Assembly: GCA_002104905.1 (NCBI GenBank)
Contig: MCFE01000090.1
Coordinates: forward strand, 112,537-176,536
Direction of reading: 5' to 3'
Length of the DNA stretch: 64,000 nucleotides
Source of the DNA: Basidiobolus meristosporus CBS 931.73
Lineage: Eukaryota; Fungi; Basidiobolomycota
Shown here: piece by piece, positions 13,712 through 26,577 of the stretch
Layout of the letters: each line of letters begins with the position of its first letter
Numbering within the stretch: position 1 is the first letter of the stretch
Program-made: the position numbers and the translations under genes
Notes under the pieces: model-generated
Seen by the model: the letters and a program-made list of their open reading frames with translations, nothing else
What the model was told of the DNA's origin: nothing
Database searches by the model: none

Positions 13712-14354
13712 TTATGCGGTGGGCTTGGTTTTCTTGACCTTCTTTCTCTCCTTCTTCTTCAAGGCGTCCATCTGCACCTTCATGATGTTGCCATACGAAT
13801 CGAGGAATTTCTCGTAATCGGCCGGTTGTACCTAGAATCAACATACCCAGCTAAATAGTTGAACAGTCGGGGATTCGTGGGGGGAATACTTAAGTACCAG
13901 GGTACTGATCTTGGCATTTCCACAGCTGGCTCGGACCAGAGTGGAGTATTCGGTCTCGTCGGTCACTTCGACTGTACTTCCCTTCTTTTTGACGTCGTGA
14001 TCAACTACGAAAACAGAGCCAGCAATCAATCAACTTAGTGGACGACAAAGATTCCCACGTAAGTAAAAAGGCCTACATCTTTTCATGTTCAAGTACACGG
14101 TTCCTGAGGTTTTGGACTTTTCAAAGAAACGGGTGACTTGTGTGAGAAACTAGAAAAAGATTAGCACGAGAAAGGAACAAAGTGTGCTCAAAATACGGAG
14201 AGAACTGCAACAACAAAGGGATGAATGAATAGTGTATATACCGAATCGTTGTCGACAAGCATCTTTTTGTGTGGGTCGGTCTCTAATTCTGCTCGAAGCT
14301 AGGTAGAAATGAAATAATTCCAACGAGAGCAACCTTATCGTGGTGCATCGCCAT
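13712..14354 (-). CDS. SRP14: signal recognition particle 14 kDa subunit; multi-exon, start codon tentative
   Basis: FLTQVTRFFEKSKTSGTVYLNMKR; YSTLVRASCGNAKISTL; FLDSYGNIMKVQMDALKKKERKK. Confidence 0.85.
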
Positions 14355-15184
14355 CAGCTTTTTGTGGCATGAACCTTGATTAACCGGGATAAATACGGAT
14401 TTAACTTGATTGATTTTGGACACTTTGAATAGTCTAATCAGCATGGCTATTCAGGTTACATGGATTAGTCGACCTCCTTCAGAACACACACGGCACATCC
14501 ACATAACCCAATTGGTTGTCGTTGATAACAAACACAGAGGTGCTTTGTTTTGATGGACACTTGCCGTATTACTATTTTAATCAACAACACTAAGCATCTA
14601 TCGAGTCTGGTTAGTGGCTTCCCAAGCATGAATGTTGTGGATGATTACGACATCATCTAGATACCCCAAATATTCAGGGGACTCGAAGGATATTAAGTAC
14701 GTCAATGCTATGGCCGGTGGAAATCCCCAGGATCAACGATTGTTATTTTACGTAATAAAAACAAGATTGCTACGATGACGGATTTTGAGCGATATTTTTG
14801 ATGAGCCATGAGCTTGATATTTACTCCTGGTGATAAAGGTCGAATCAGGGCCGCCCACGCTGATATAAAATTTCTTGGATAGATTTCACCCGCTGGGTCA
14901 GATTTGTTTAAACTACTCCAAGTGCATATTACGTTGGCTCGAAAGATTATTTCCCCTGCCAACCTTAACAATTTTCGTTAGTAGCCGTGGCGAGCCTGAA
15001 CGTCACATTTCATTCTCCAACCTCACCTAGACTACTTTCGAGTTTGACTTAGAAATCAAGGTATTTTATCTTCTTCCCGTTAATCTAGTTGTTGCGTGCT
15101 GGCCAGGGCGCTGGTATATAAGTAAGTGTCTGGAAACAAACTAATCTTCATCCATCGTTCCTAGTGAATTTTCCTTGTGACAAA

Positions 15185-18100
15185 ATGTCCAACGCGCCTC
15201 CCAATAATTTTCCTCCACCACCAGGTCAAACTCGGTCTCCAAGACCACCTATGTCTGGCCCACCTTCTAATTACCCACCTCCTGGCCAGAGTCAATCTCC
15301 AAGACCTCCGACGGCTGGCTCTCCACGTCCCCCTATGGGTCAACCCCAACGCTCACCTGTGATGGGTGGAGCAAGGCCACCTATGAACGGGCCACGTCCA
15401 TCATCTCCTTTTCCTCCTCAGGCTAAACCGGGCCCTCCATCTGCCTACTCACCAATGCCACCAAACTCCCAACCATATGGTCAAGCTGGATCTCCACCTC
15501 CCAATATGAGACCCCCTCCTCAAGGGGCAGCTTCCCCATCTTTTAATCATCAAAATCCGGCTGCCAACATGCAACCAAGACCTGGATCTCCTGGTCCGCA
15601 AGCTCAGATGGCCCCAAGACCTATGTCACCACCTCTTCCTCAGGCTCAACAACCTGGCCCTGGTCAGCCAGGTTTGATGCAGAGACAATTTGTCCCACCT
15701 GTTAGCGGAAGATCTCCTGTGATGCAGGGTGCTCCCGTCCCCTCACCTCGTCCGCCTATGCACAGCCCCAACGCAGTGCCACTGATGAACCCCCAACAGC
15801 CCATTCAATCTCCACAGCTCAACAGTTTTGCGCCTGTCCAGCCTGATGCTGCCGCCCCTCCCGGCTCACCACCGGCTAACGCAAGTAGCCCAGGACAGCG
15901 TAGGAGAATGTATCCTGAGCAGATAGCAACTGCCTATACTCAAGGCGACGCCAACCAGCAGACCAACTATCCTGGCCCAGCATCTGGCCAATCCGATCCT
16001 GTTCCTGGAGCCCAAGGCTCGCAGTTCTTTGTGCCTGGCCTCCAAGGACAAACCTCCCCAGTGATGGGTTACAGCCAGCCCCAAACTCCTGGATACGCCG
16101 GCGGACAGGCCTACGGACAGCAGTTCAACAATATGCAGAATCAGTTTAATAGCATGGCACTTGGTGGTCAAAACCAGCTCTTCCACACGCCCCTGATAGG
16201 CACCCCACTTAATCCAGCCGAATTGGACTTACCGCCTCCCGCCATTAATCTGCCCCAAGGCGCCGCCGTTACCGCATCCCCCAAGACTCTGTGCGATCCC
16301 TCTCTTAAGCGTTGTACCTTCAACGCCATCCCCCAAAACTCCAACATATTGAAGAAAAGCAAGATCCCCTTCGGTTTGATCTTGACCCCATTCAAGCTGG
16401 ATAAGCAGAACCCCGATGACATCCCAATCTCTCACGAGATCATCCGTTGCCGTCGTTGCCGTACGTACTTGAATCCGTTCATTCAATTTGTGGATGGTGG
16501 TCGTCGTTGGAAGTGTAACATGTGCTTCTTCACCAACGATGTTCCAAGCACATTCGATTACGACATTCAAAGCCAGCAGCCCATCGATCGTTTCCAGCGA
16601 CCAGAACTGACCCATTCGGTGGTCGAATACATCGCCCCTGCCGAGTATATGGTTCGCGCCCCACAGCCTCCCGTTTACCTGTTCTTGATTGACGTGTCGC
16701 ACACCGCCGTTCAGTCCGGAATGGTTGCCACCGCTGCCAGAACCATCTTGGAATCTTTAGACCGTATCCCTAACGAGGACAAAAGAGCCAAGATTGGTTT
16801 TATCACCTATGACAGTGCCCTTCACTTCTACAATCTGAACAGTGAGCTCTCTGAACCCCAGATGCTCGTGGTGTCTGATTTAGAAGATCCATTCATCCCT
16901 ATGCCCAACGATTTGTTGGTGAACCTCAACGAGGGACGTCCCATTGTGGAGTCCTTGCTTTCCCGTCTTGGCGAAATGTTCAAGAGTACCCATAACGTTA
17001 GCAGTGTTCTCGCGCCTGCTCTCCAGGCTGGTCTCAAGCTCATCTCCGCCATCGGTGGAAAGATCATTGTGTTGCAGAACACCTTGCCTACCGATAAGGA
17101 GGGTGGTCTAACTGCCCGTGAGGATGTGAAGCTTCTCGGAACACCCAAGGAGTCGAACCTCCTACAGCCAGCATCCCAGTTCTACAAGCCATTCGCTGTT
17201 GACTGTTCTCGCGCCCAAGTGTGCGTGGATACTTTCATATTCGGCACCCAGTATATTGATTTCGCTACCTTGAGCGGTGCCTCTCGCTTCTCCGCCGGTC
17301 AGTCATACTTCTATCCTGGCTTCAACGCCGGAAAGTCCGAGGATGCCGTCAAGTTTGCCAACGAGTTCTCCGAGTTCCTGTCATGTCCAGCTGGACTTGA
17401 AGCTGTTTTGAGAGTCCGTGCTTCCAAGGGATTGAGAATGACCGCGTATCACGGAAACTTCTTCTTAAGATCGATGGATCTTCTTGCCCTTCCCAACGTC
17501 ACCCCCAACCACACCTACAGCGTGGAGGTCACCATCGACGAGCCGATCGAAACCTCTGTTGCTTGCTTCCAGACCGCCTTGCTGCATACTAGCTGCAACG
17601 GAGAGAGACGCATCAGAGTGTTGACTCTAGGCTTGCCGGTAGCCAACAATATCTCCGAAGTCTTCAAATCCGCTGATCAGGTCGCCATTGCCACTCTTTT
17701 AGCAAGAAAGGCTGTGGAGAGATCGTTGAGCACGAAGCTGGAGGATGCTAGAGACGCGTTGATCAACAAATGTATCGACATTCTCGGTATCTACAAGACC
17801 GAGCTGACGTCGGTTGGAACCGGCGCCTCTCCACAGCTTCAAGTATGCCACAACTTGAAGATGCTCCCGTTGTTGGTGCAAGCACTCATCAAGCATGTGT
17901 CTCTTCGTGGTGGTTCCCAGACGCCCAGTGATGTGCGTTCATTCGCCATGAGCCTTGTTAATACTATGCCAGCGGAGCTATTGATGAGATACATTCACCC
18001 CAGATTCTACGCCCTTCATAACATGCCACCTGAGGTCGCGGTCCCCACAGATGATGGCTCCGCCGTCATGATGCCACAGCCGCTGCCATTGAGCAGCGAG

Positions 18101-18478
18101 AGATTGGAGCGCAACGGGTTGTTCTTGTTGGAGAGTGGACAGCACATATTCTTCTGGGTCGCCAAGGAGGTGTCCCCTCAGCTTTGCCAAGAATTGTTCG
18201 ATGTTCCATCGTACGATGCTATCCGACCTGGCCGCACCACCCTTCCCATCCTTGATACTAACTTCTCCTCCCGAGTTCAACTTATCATCTCCAAGATCAG
18301 AGAGGCAAACAGATATATCTACTACCCACAAGTCTATGTTGTGAAAGAGGAGAGTGACCCGTCCCTACGACTCTGGTTCCTTTCCCACTTGATCGAGGAC
18401 CGTGCCAACAATGTTATGAGCTATCAGCAGTTCTTGAACCACCTGAAAGACAAAGTGAACACCGGCACTTTCAAATAA
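15185..18478 (+). CDS. SEC24: COPII coat subunit Sec24, single exon
   Basis: Pro-rich N-terminus, RCRRCRTYLNPF...WKCNMC zinc finger, YLFLIDVS trunk domain, gelsolin-like C-terminus. Confidence 0.96.
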   Translation: MSNAPPNNFPPPPGQTRSPRPPMSGPPSNYPPPGQSQSPRPPTAGSPRPPMGQPQRSPVMGGARPPMNGPRPSSPFPPQAKPGPPSAYSPMPPNSQPYGQAGSPPPNMRPPPQGAASPSFNHQNPAANMQPRPGSPGPQAQMAPRPMSPPLPQAQQPGPGQPGLMQRQFVPPVSGRSPVMQGAPVPSPRPPMHSPNAVPLMNPQQPIQSPQLNSFAPVQPDAAAPPGSPPANASSPGQRRRMYPEQIATAYTQGDANQQTNYPGPASGQSDPVPGAQGSQFFVPGLQGQTSPVMGYSQPQTPGYAGGQAYGQQFNNMQNQFNSMALGGQNQLFHTPLIGTPLNPAELDLPPPAINLPQGAAVTASPKTLCDPSLKRCTFNAIPQNSNILKKSKIPFGLILTPFKLDKQNPDDIPISHEIIRCRRCRTYLNPFIQFVDGGRRWKCNMCFFTNDVPSTFDYDIQSQQPIDRFQRPELTHSVVEYIAPAEYMVRAPQPPVYLFLIDVSHTAVQSGMVATAARTILESLDRIPNEDKRAKIGFITYDSALHFYNLNSELSEPQMLVVSDLEDPFIPMPNDLLVNLNEGRPIVESLLSRLGEMFKSTHNVSSVLAPALQAGLKLISAIGGKIIVLQNTLPTDKEGGLTAREDVKLLGTPKESNLLQPASQFYKPFAVDCSRAQVCVDTFIFGTQYIDFATLSGASRFSAGQSYFYPGFNAGKSEDAVKFANEFSEFLSCPAGLEAVLRVRASKGLRMTAYHGNFFLRSMDLLALPNVTPNHTYSVEVTIDEPIETSVACFQTALLHTSCNGERRIRVLTLGLPVANNISEVFKSADQVAIATLLARKAVERSLSTKLEDARDALINKCIDILGIYKTELTSVGTGASPQLQVCHNLKMLPLLVQALIKHVSLRGGSQTPSDVRSFAMSLVNTMPAELLMRYIHPRFYALHNMPPEVAVPTDDGSAVMMPQPLPLSSERLERNGLFLLESGQHIFFWVAKEVSPQLCQELFDVPSYDAIRPGRTTLPILDTNFSSRVQLIISKIREANRYIYYPQVYVVKEESDPSLRLWFLSHLIEDRANNVMSYQQFLNHLKDKVNTGTFK

Positions 18479-19187
18479 GTGGTCCCAACGAAGCCCTCCC
18501 CCCATTTTCGGAATACCTTCAGTATGATTCTTTATTTTTACCCTCAGTTTCGTTATCAATTGTTTGCTTGTTCTCTTAACTTCAGTGCGCCGCTCAAACA
18601 ATACCATCCTTTACCGCTTGTACGTTATATGAAATAATTTTCCATTCTATTTAACTTTCTGAAATCGAGTGCTCTTCCACTAAATCGAGGAATTCCGGTA
18701 CGAAATCAAGCAGAAAGTAATTGATTTCATTTTTTTTTTGAGACGACGCTGTGTAGAATTGGGATTCTCTTGTGAGGAGGGAATGGAGTTCGATTCTTAT
18801 TATGTGCTGTTTGGTCGTGAAAATTCAAATAAACCGTGATTATTAGATCCTGCATCTGCTGGTTGCCATGGTAGGGGTGGTATAGCTGGCCGTGGTCCAT
18901 GCCGACCATCCCACCCAACGCATAGAAGCCCATTGGCTTCGTTGAGATCTCACATGATCCAGAGGGTTGAGGGAACACAGCGCCTGGTTTGCTCGGCTGA
19001 GTCACTTTGGGTCAACCTATATAGATCATCACGTATTTGGGTTGATGGGTAATTTAGGATGGTAATCGAGCAAGCCGAAGGTATTTTCATGCGTAGGGGA
19101 CCCTTTAAGGAGGGGCTGGTGGAGATTTGGTAGTAGTATTAAAAGTGCCAGTGGCTTCGATCTTTCTTCCAGTTGGTTCTTGTTGAA

Positions 19188-20177
19188 ATGCTTTTTAGAA
19201 GCTTAGCCGTCACCACCAGGCAGAAGGGGATCCAGGCGTTGGTAAGTTCTTGCTATTTTCCCGTTGTGTCTGTATCGGTGTGCTGACGTTCTCTCAGAGG
19301 TCTGTCCAGCCTCGCACCTATCTACCGGCTGGCCAGTGCTTTTATTCCTCTTCCTCTTCCTCTTCGTCCAAACGTCAACCGCGCAGTAAGAAGCTACCTC
19401 CGTTACCCACTATACCAACCTTGACCCCTGAAGAGGCAGTCACCAACATCATCTACAACACTCCTACACCCCCCTCCGACCCACCTACCCGACACACCCT
19501 CAACTGCCTGGTACAGAACGAGCCGGGAGTTCTCTCCAGAGTCTCGGGGATTCTGGCCGCTAGAAACTTCAACATCGACTCCCTGGTCGTCGCCAAAACC
19601 GAAGTCAGAGACCTCTCCAGAATGACCATCGTCCTGAGAGGGCAGAACCAAAATATCGAGCAGGCGAAGAAGCAGCTGGAGGATTTGGTGCCTGTTTGGG
19701 CGGTTTTGGATTATTCTAACACCCGGATTGTTGAACGAGAGCTTTTATTGGTCAAGGTGTCCATCTTCGGGCCCGACCACGAACAGGCTATCTTTGAGGA
19801 TGACACTCACAGCCATGTAAGTGGAACAGAGCAATCCTTATGCCTTGACCCGTACTAACCCATCCAAACAGACTGACATGACCCCAGGCGATATCCTTCT
19901 CACTACCCACAAACACCTCCAGGCCATCCAAGAGCTAACCAAGCTGTTCCAAGGGCAGATAGTGGATGTTAGCAACGAGAGCGTGATCGTTCAGCTGTGC
20001 GCCAAGAACTCCCGTATCGACGCATTCATGAAGCTCCTGAAACCGTTCGGAATTCTGGAAGCAGCAAGAAGCGGTATCATGGCTATGCCCAGAGCCCTGC
20101 ATCTCCACCCCGAGGAGGAAACCGAGGTGGTCGAAGAGGCCACCAAGGTGGATGCCACCTTGCTTCCCCCCGGTTAG
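19188..20177 (+). CDS. ILV6: acetohydroxyacid synthase regulatory (small) subunit, mitochondrial; 2 introns
   Basis: HTLNCLVQNEPGVLSRVSGILAARNFNIDSLVV ACT domain; ERELLLVKVSI; PFGILEAARSG; presequence-like N-terminus. Confidence 0.95.
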
Positions 20178-20994
20178 CCAGACGCACACATAATGTATTA
20201 TTAGTTTTGACATGTAATGCAGCAGTTCAATCCACCAACCACCATACAAAGCCAGCAATAAAAATCCTTGTTTGTGACCAAGTTGAGCGCTCCCCACATC
20301 GAACCCCAATCTTTTCTTGCTTCGGGCCAATTTTGGTAAGCAGATTGATTCAAGGCCACGCGCAATATCTTGCATCTCCTACCTTGTATGGCTACTACCC
20401 GCTGTACCGTAAAGTTAAGCATGTATGGAATGGAAAGAACGGAGATCGTGGGAAACTATCCTTAATTCGTGAGTCAAGCTTACTCATCATCATACCGTTA
20501 TTCAAGGTGACTCACGTTCCTGGTAATTACCTCGGGTAAAGCACCCGATTAGGCAATCCTGATGTTTCTCCTTCATGTGAGCCAAAACCTTCTGGGGAAC
20601 TACGGCTCGACTTGGGTGTAACCTGGCGGTTGACCGCACTTTACTCATCTCGCCGATAACACAGATAAACGATGAAGGGTGGCTGTATATTTGAATTGGG
20701 GCTGGCTCTTGGTTGGCTCATATGAGATCCTCCAAGTGCTGCGATTGTGCAATCGTCCACACGAATCAGGATGACTCATATATTCCTTGAATAATGGATC
20801 AATACAAACGTCGGTGCTCACGTCGGCAGCTGGTACGGTGCTGAACGTCGCAAATGATCAGGTATCTCAAAAAACAAGCCACTATAAATGTATTCCGCCG
20901 CACACCATCAGCTTACATTAACTGGCAGTGCCCACTTTTTTCACTGGGATACCGTAAATATCTACCTTTCCCAACCTTCCAACCCTCGCAGAAC

Positions 20995-23026
20995 ATGCTA
21001 TCCTCAAGGTTCACCTCACAAATGCGCCAGCGCGCGCCCATGCTCCTGAATTGCTCCAAAAGATACATACCCGCTACTCTATACCAAGGATTGAATCGTT
21101 TCAAAAGCACCGCCAGGTTAGTGAGGTTTAGCTTGATTGACTTGATTCGAAAATTCACCCTCTGTTCATAGCGCGCGCCCCTTACAGGAGCCTTCTGCCA
21201 CCACCACCACCCCTTTGGCCAGCCCACACCCCGAGCCACTGAAGACCCCCGAACAATCAGGAATTCACGAGAACTCTTTTGTTGGGATGTCCGGAGGCGA
21301 GATCTTCCACGAGATGATGCTTCGTCATGAAGTCGAGCACATTTTTGGTTATCCCGGCGGTGCGATTCTTCCCGTCTTCGATGCCATCCACGACTCTAAG
21401 CATTTCCAATTCATCCTGCCCAGACATGAGCAGGGTGCCGGCCATATGGCTGAGGGTTATGCCAGAGCCACCGGTAAACCGGGTGTTGTGCTTGTAACCT
21501 CCGGCCCAGGTGCCACCAACGTCATCACACCTATGCAGGATGCTCTCTCCGATGGGTTGCCATTGGTGGTGTTCTGCGGGCAAGTGCCAACCTCAGCTAT
21601 CGGTACGGACGCCTTCCAGGAGGCTGATGTTGTGGGCATTTCTAGATCTTGCACCAAGTGGAATGTGATGGTAAAAGACATCAACGAGCTCCCACGTCGT
21701 ATCAACGAAGCCTTTGAGATCGCCACTTCCGGTCGTCCCGGCCCTGTCTTGGTTGATCTACCCAAGGACGTCACCGCAGCGATCCTAACCAAACCCATCA
21801 CCGACAAGCCATCCCTTCCTACCCGGCCTTGGAACCTGCATTACGATTCGGAAAAGATCAACAACTCCATCAAGAAGGCCGCCGATATGGTGAACCGCGC
21901 CAAGACCCCGGTCATCTACGCTGGGGCCGGTTTGTTAAACCACCCAGATGGATCCACCCTCCTGAGAAAGCTTGCCCAGGATGGAAACATTCCAGTCACC
22001 ACCACCCTGCAGGGACTGGGCCTGTACGATGAGTTGGACGAGAAGAGCTTGCACATGCTTGGAATGCATGGCTCCGCTTACGCCAACCTTGCCATACAGT
22101 CTGCCGATGTCGTGATCGCCCTTGGTGCCCGGTTCGATGATCGAGTGACCCTCAACCTGAAGAAGTTCGCTCCAGTAGCCCAGCAGGCAGCACTCGAAGG
22201 CCGGGGTGGCTTCATTCATTTCGAGATCATGCCCAAGAACATCAACAAGGTGGTGCAAGTGACCGAAGCGATCGAGGGGGATGTCACCGAGAATCTCGGT
22301 AAGATGCTTCCCATGATTCAACATGTCAACCGTGATGCGTGGTTCAGCAAGATCAAGACATGGAAACAGAAATATCCTTTTGTGTACCCCAACGATGCAC
22401 CCGAAGGCAAGATGAAGCCTCAGGCAGTTCTTGAAGAGCTCAACCGTCAACTTGAAAACGTCAAAGAAAAGACCATCATCACCACCGGCGTGGGCCAGCA
22501 TCAGATGTGGGCTGCACAGTATCTGCGCTGGAGACACCCCAGAACCTTCATTACCTCTGGTGGGTTGGGTACCATGGGCTTCGGACTTCCCTCCGCCATT
22601 GGCGCCAAGGTAGCCAAGCCCGATCACATCGTCATTGACATCGACGGAGACGCCTCCTTCTCTATGACAGGCATGGAACTTGCCACCGCCGCACAATACA
22701 ACATCGGAGTCAAGGTTCTCATCCTGAACAACGACTTCCAAGGCATGGTGAAACAATGGCAGGACCTCTTCTACGAGGAGAGGTACTCGGGCACCGTCAT
22801 GCACAACCCAGACTTCGTGAAACTCGCGGAGGCCATGGGCTGCCGAGGCATGCGCTGTAACAACATGGAGGACTTACCGAGCAAGATCAAGGAGTTCTTA
22901 GAGTGCCCGGAGCCGGTGGTGTTTGACGCTCGTGTAGATAAAGCCGAGCATGTATACCCCATGGTTCCCGCCGGTAGAGCTCTCCACGAGATGGTTTTGG
23001 ACAAATCACTTATTCTGGACGAGTAA
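20995..23026 (+). CDS. ILV2: acetohydroxyacid synthase catalytic (large) subunit, mitochondrial; 1 intron (21117-21170)
   Basis: FGYPGGAILPVFD, RHEQGAGHMAEGYAR, SGRPGPVLVDLPKD, TSGGLGTMGFGLP, DIDGDASF TPP motif. Confidence 0.97.
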
Positions 23027-23461
23027 ATTATATTCCAATCATTGAATCCCGACCATCACCAACATACCCACTCATCCACCCACTCATCCCAACCACATAT
23101 ATTGCCCTTTCATCACTTCTCGTATATACACGCGAATATAGTCCACCTAATAAAGCTTATACATATATATCACATCAATAGGCTGTACATTCCATCGCCA
23201 CATGACAAAGCGGGCAATAGCCATCATTTGAGATGGCCGAGTGATGAGCAACTATCATGAGTTTGGCCAAATGAGCAATAACCATTAATCAAGGAATCCA
23301 TTTCATCCCAAACCACTACACTATCAAGCGTACTCGCGCGATTGCTATTCACAAATGAACCTCGTCTTTATTTGTGGGAAATGGATAAAGCAGGGAAATA
23401 AATTCGATGTGAGGTTAAATGGTTAAGAAATGCCAAGAAGAGGGGTCTATCGTGTGGAGAG

Positions 23462-23725
23462 TTACTCGCGCTCGTGAGCACCAGCCTTGGAGTTGAGGTA
23501 CTCGTGGCGGGCCACACCCCAGCTGTAGACGGTGTAGAAGATGATGGCACCGGGAGCGATCCAGGGGATCTGAGCGACGAAACGGTTGTAGGTCTTGAAG
23601 AGGCCGTTCTTCAGGACACCGGCGAATGCGCGTTGTTCGTAGGGAGAAAGGGAGTATGAAATGATACCACGTTGAGTGGGACCACCAAGGTGACCCCAGT
23701 TACCCATCCATTTACCACCGCCCAT
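23462..23725 (-). CDS. QCR8: cytochrome bc1 complex subunit 8
   Basis: WMGNWGHLGGPTQRGIISYSLSPYEQ and YLNSKAG match the QCR8 signature. Confidence 0.93.
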   Translation of the reverse strand: MGGGKWMGNWGHLGGPTQRGIISYSLSPYEQRAFAGVLKNGLFKTYNRFVAQIPWIAPGAIIFYTVYSWGVARHEYLNSKAGAHERE

Positions 23726-24204
23726 TGTTCAATAGAAATTCTTCGAAAGGTTAACGACAAAGCAAAGGAGGAGGGAGGCTGGACAGGAGAGCACTTACCG
23801 AAATAGCAAACGATAGAAAGAAAACGCTGGCTCCCTTCGGAAGAGAATGAATTTACGTATCGCTAGTGCCCCAAGAGAATTTGCATTTTTGGCCTACTTC
23901 CCCAATCATAGAGACCCTCCTTTTTCCCCACATCAAATCCCCTTCATGGGTTCTGTTTGGCCAGCTGATTGATCCCAACGAGGGTGTACGATCCCCACCC
24001 CTTTCGCCCACCTCATCCATCGCTAAACAAGAGTTAAACGCCAACCGAATGATTCAGTGGGATCTGGTGAAGGAGTTAAACACTGCTTATGTGGGATCTG
24101 GTGAGATGGTGGATGAGTGTGTGAAAAAAATAAACCCTCTCGAAGAATTCGCTCCCACCGTGTCTCTATCATCTCTTCGTTTTACTAAGTTTTGGTTTAG
24201 AAAG

Positions 24205-24859
24205 ATGTCCCTTCAAAGAGTGACCTGCCTTCGCTCGGCCCTTCCCCACGTGCAGCTGGCGAAGCGTGCCTTCACCACCAGCCGAATCCAACTCGACGCC
24301 TCGAAAACCCCTTCGGAGACCCTGAGCGAGGAGGATCTTTCGTGGGAGGATTATTTCAAGCTGAGACGTAGTAGACGTATCAGGGAAAGAATCTCCTCCA
24401 TCCCCACCACCATCGCCGGTGTCGGTTTGAGTAGTGCTTATTTCGCCTCCCTCGAAGTGGACCCCACCTTGACCTACTTCGGCATGGATCCTTTGCTCGT
24501 TTACGGGGCCGGCGTGGTTGCCTCCGGCTTCGGAGGTTTTCTGGTGGGCCCGTTGTTCGGCAACGGCCTGTGGAGTTTGTTCAACCGTAACCTAGCCAAC
24601 AAGATCAACATCGTAAGTTGCCCCGCCTCTTGTTCTCCCTTTCGCGCGGAAGGACACTAACCGAATTCATTAGAGGGATAGACAGTTCTACGAGCGCATC
24701 AAGAAGCATCGTTCCGACCCTTCCTTGAACTCGTTCAGAAACCCAGTCCCTGACTTCTACGGAGAGAAGATCAAATCCGTCAGCGACTATCGCTCCTGGT
24801 TGCGTAAACAAAGAGAGCACCGACGTAAGGCCACCTTCTTCTTAGGAAAGGAGGAGTAA
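24205..24859 (+). CDS. PAM17: mitochondrial import motor subunit Pam17; 1 intron
   Basis: LSWEDYFKLRR, FGMDP, two TM segments, NPVPDFYGEKIKSVSDYRSWLR. Confidence 0.9.
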
Positions 24860-25143
24860 AGTCTTCAACAGGCCACTCTTCACTAGCACCAGTACCAGTA
24901 CCAGTACCAGCACCAACACCAGCACTTATCATCCACGTTTCCTCCAAAATCCATCGTCACCTCTGAGCCTGTTTTGTTTCGCATGCATTCAGTAAATTTG
25001 GATTCATCTTGTCTCCTGGGTGGTTTGGCAGTGTGGGGTTTATTGTAGTTTTGGAATGTTAATTACAGATCTGGTGATGGGTTCTCCGGGACGGGAGGTA
25101 AATTTGGCTATCTAGGCTCCTCTCCTGGATGGGTTTGCGATGG

Positions 25144-26577
25144 TTATTGCAGATCTGGCGATGGGTTGGCCTTGTCCTCCAGGACATCCTTGAGTGATGT
25201 GGTGGCCGACCCTCTGGGTTTCGGCTTGGGCTGAGTTGGGTCAGGCTTCCAGCCAATCTATAGACGCCGGTGAGTGGATATTGTTTGAGGCGTGCGGATC
25301 AAGCCAACTTACCATGTAAAGAATCTGGAAGGTGGCCGGGATGGTACCGTCTGGGTTCCCGTACAGCTCTACAATGCCAATAGGGGTTAATCAGCGAGTT
25401 GGTCGGGTCTCAGGGATTGTCAAGGTACCTTTGTAGATGGCATGTGAGGCAAGGAGGGTGTCTCTGTGTAGATAGCCTCGGCTGTTGATGACGGCATTGG
25501 ATTCTCCCATGGCTTGAAGGTCGCTCATAAGCTCTGCTGGGCTTGGGTAGTTCACTACTATCTCATCGACATCGACCGTTGTTAGGTTGAACCCTGCACG
25601 AGAGAGTAGACTCCCAAGATCACGTGAATCTTGGGGCAGTTAGTTATGTGGCCAGGAAGAGCAGGAGGAAATGCGGACCAACCGGCCATTGGCGAAACAT
25701 GTGGCGAGATACCGCCCTCTCGTTCTAGCTCGGCGAGTTGTAGTGAGGTTCTGTCGACAACGTAGTCCTTGTGAGAAGAGTCGATGTGGATTCTAAATAT
25801 CCAGCTAACAGAGCCTACCTTAGCTCGTAAATGGTATCTCCACCGAACATCGCGCCGATAAACACTCCGTCTGGCTTCAGGGCGCGACGGATCTGGATTA
25901 ATGCACCAGGTAGATCGTTAACCCAATGAAGGGACAGACTGCTAACCACCGCCTCGAGAGAATCTTCTTCAAAAGGTAATGCCTCTTCATCAACCACCTT
26001 ACGCTCCACCTCCACTAAAGACCTCCGGTTAATCACCACACTCACCCACCAGCTCATGTCAACGGCACTTACCATCGTATTTGATGGCTGCATCTCTATG
26101 AAGCATATTCTCTATAAACATACTGCTGATGAACACCCACCGCAAGATACATTCCAAGGCCGTACTGTCCAGAAAATACCTGAAAGTTCACACTGGATCA
26201 CTTTGCTTACGATATCTTCGTCCAAGTGTTTCACGACGTGCCCGCAGCCGGAGCCCACGTCCACGACGGTGTGAAAGCGTTTTTTGATGTCCTTGAAAAA
26301 GTTGGGGACTCAGTTCATGTCCGGTAAGTAGAAAGGAAAATGCTCTCGCAGCGAGAAGACTCACAAGTAACCGATCGACAACCCTCGCAGCAATCTCATC
26401 TTTCAAGTAGTCTACCTCGCGACTTTTGGTCACGTTCAATGCGGCCCTGTCCCTTTGGATCTGCTTGACCTTCCTATCAAACACCGTGGCGACACTATAC
26501 TCGGTGGAGTACGCAGCCCGTTGAATAGAGTTCAGGAGGTTCCTCTTCAAATTAGGGGTGAGGTATCTTGCAAACAT
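25144..26577 (-). CDS. NDUFAF5: complex I assembly factor NDUFAF5-like SAM-dependent enzyme; multi-exon
   Basis: [37 protein letters not shown]...[34 protein letters not shown]. Confidence 0.9.

Noticed and set aside
19188-23026. Horizontally transferred bacterial ilv operon
   Set aside because: Both genes have introns, presequences and fungal-type sequence, and the order is opposite to ilvBN/ilvIH.
24881-25170. Hexamer run (ccagta/ccagca) in the PAM17 3' UTR and a ~22-bp direct repeat at the NDUFAF5 stop
   Set aside because: Low-complexity local duplications with no supportable function.
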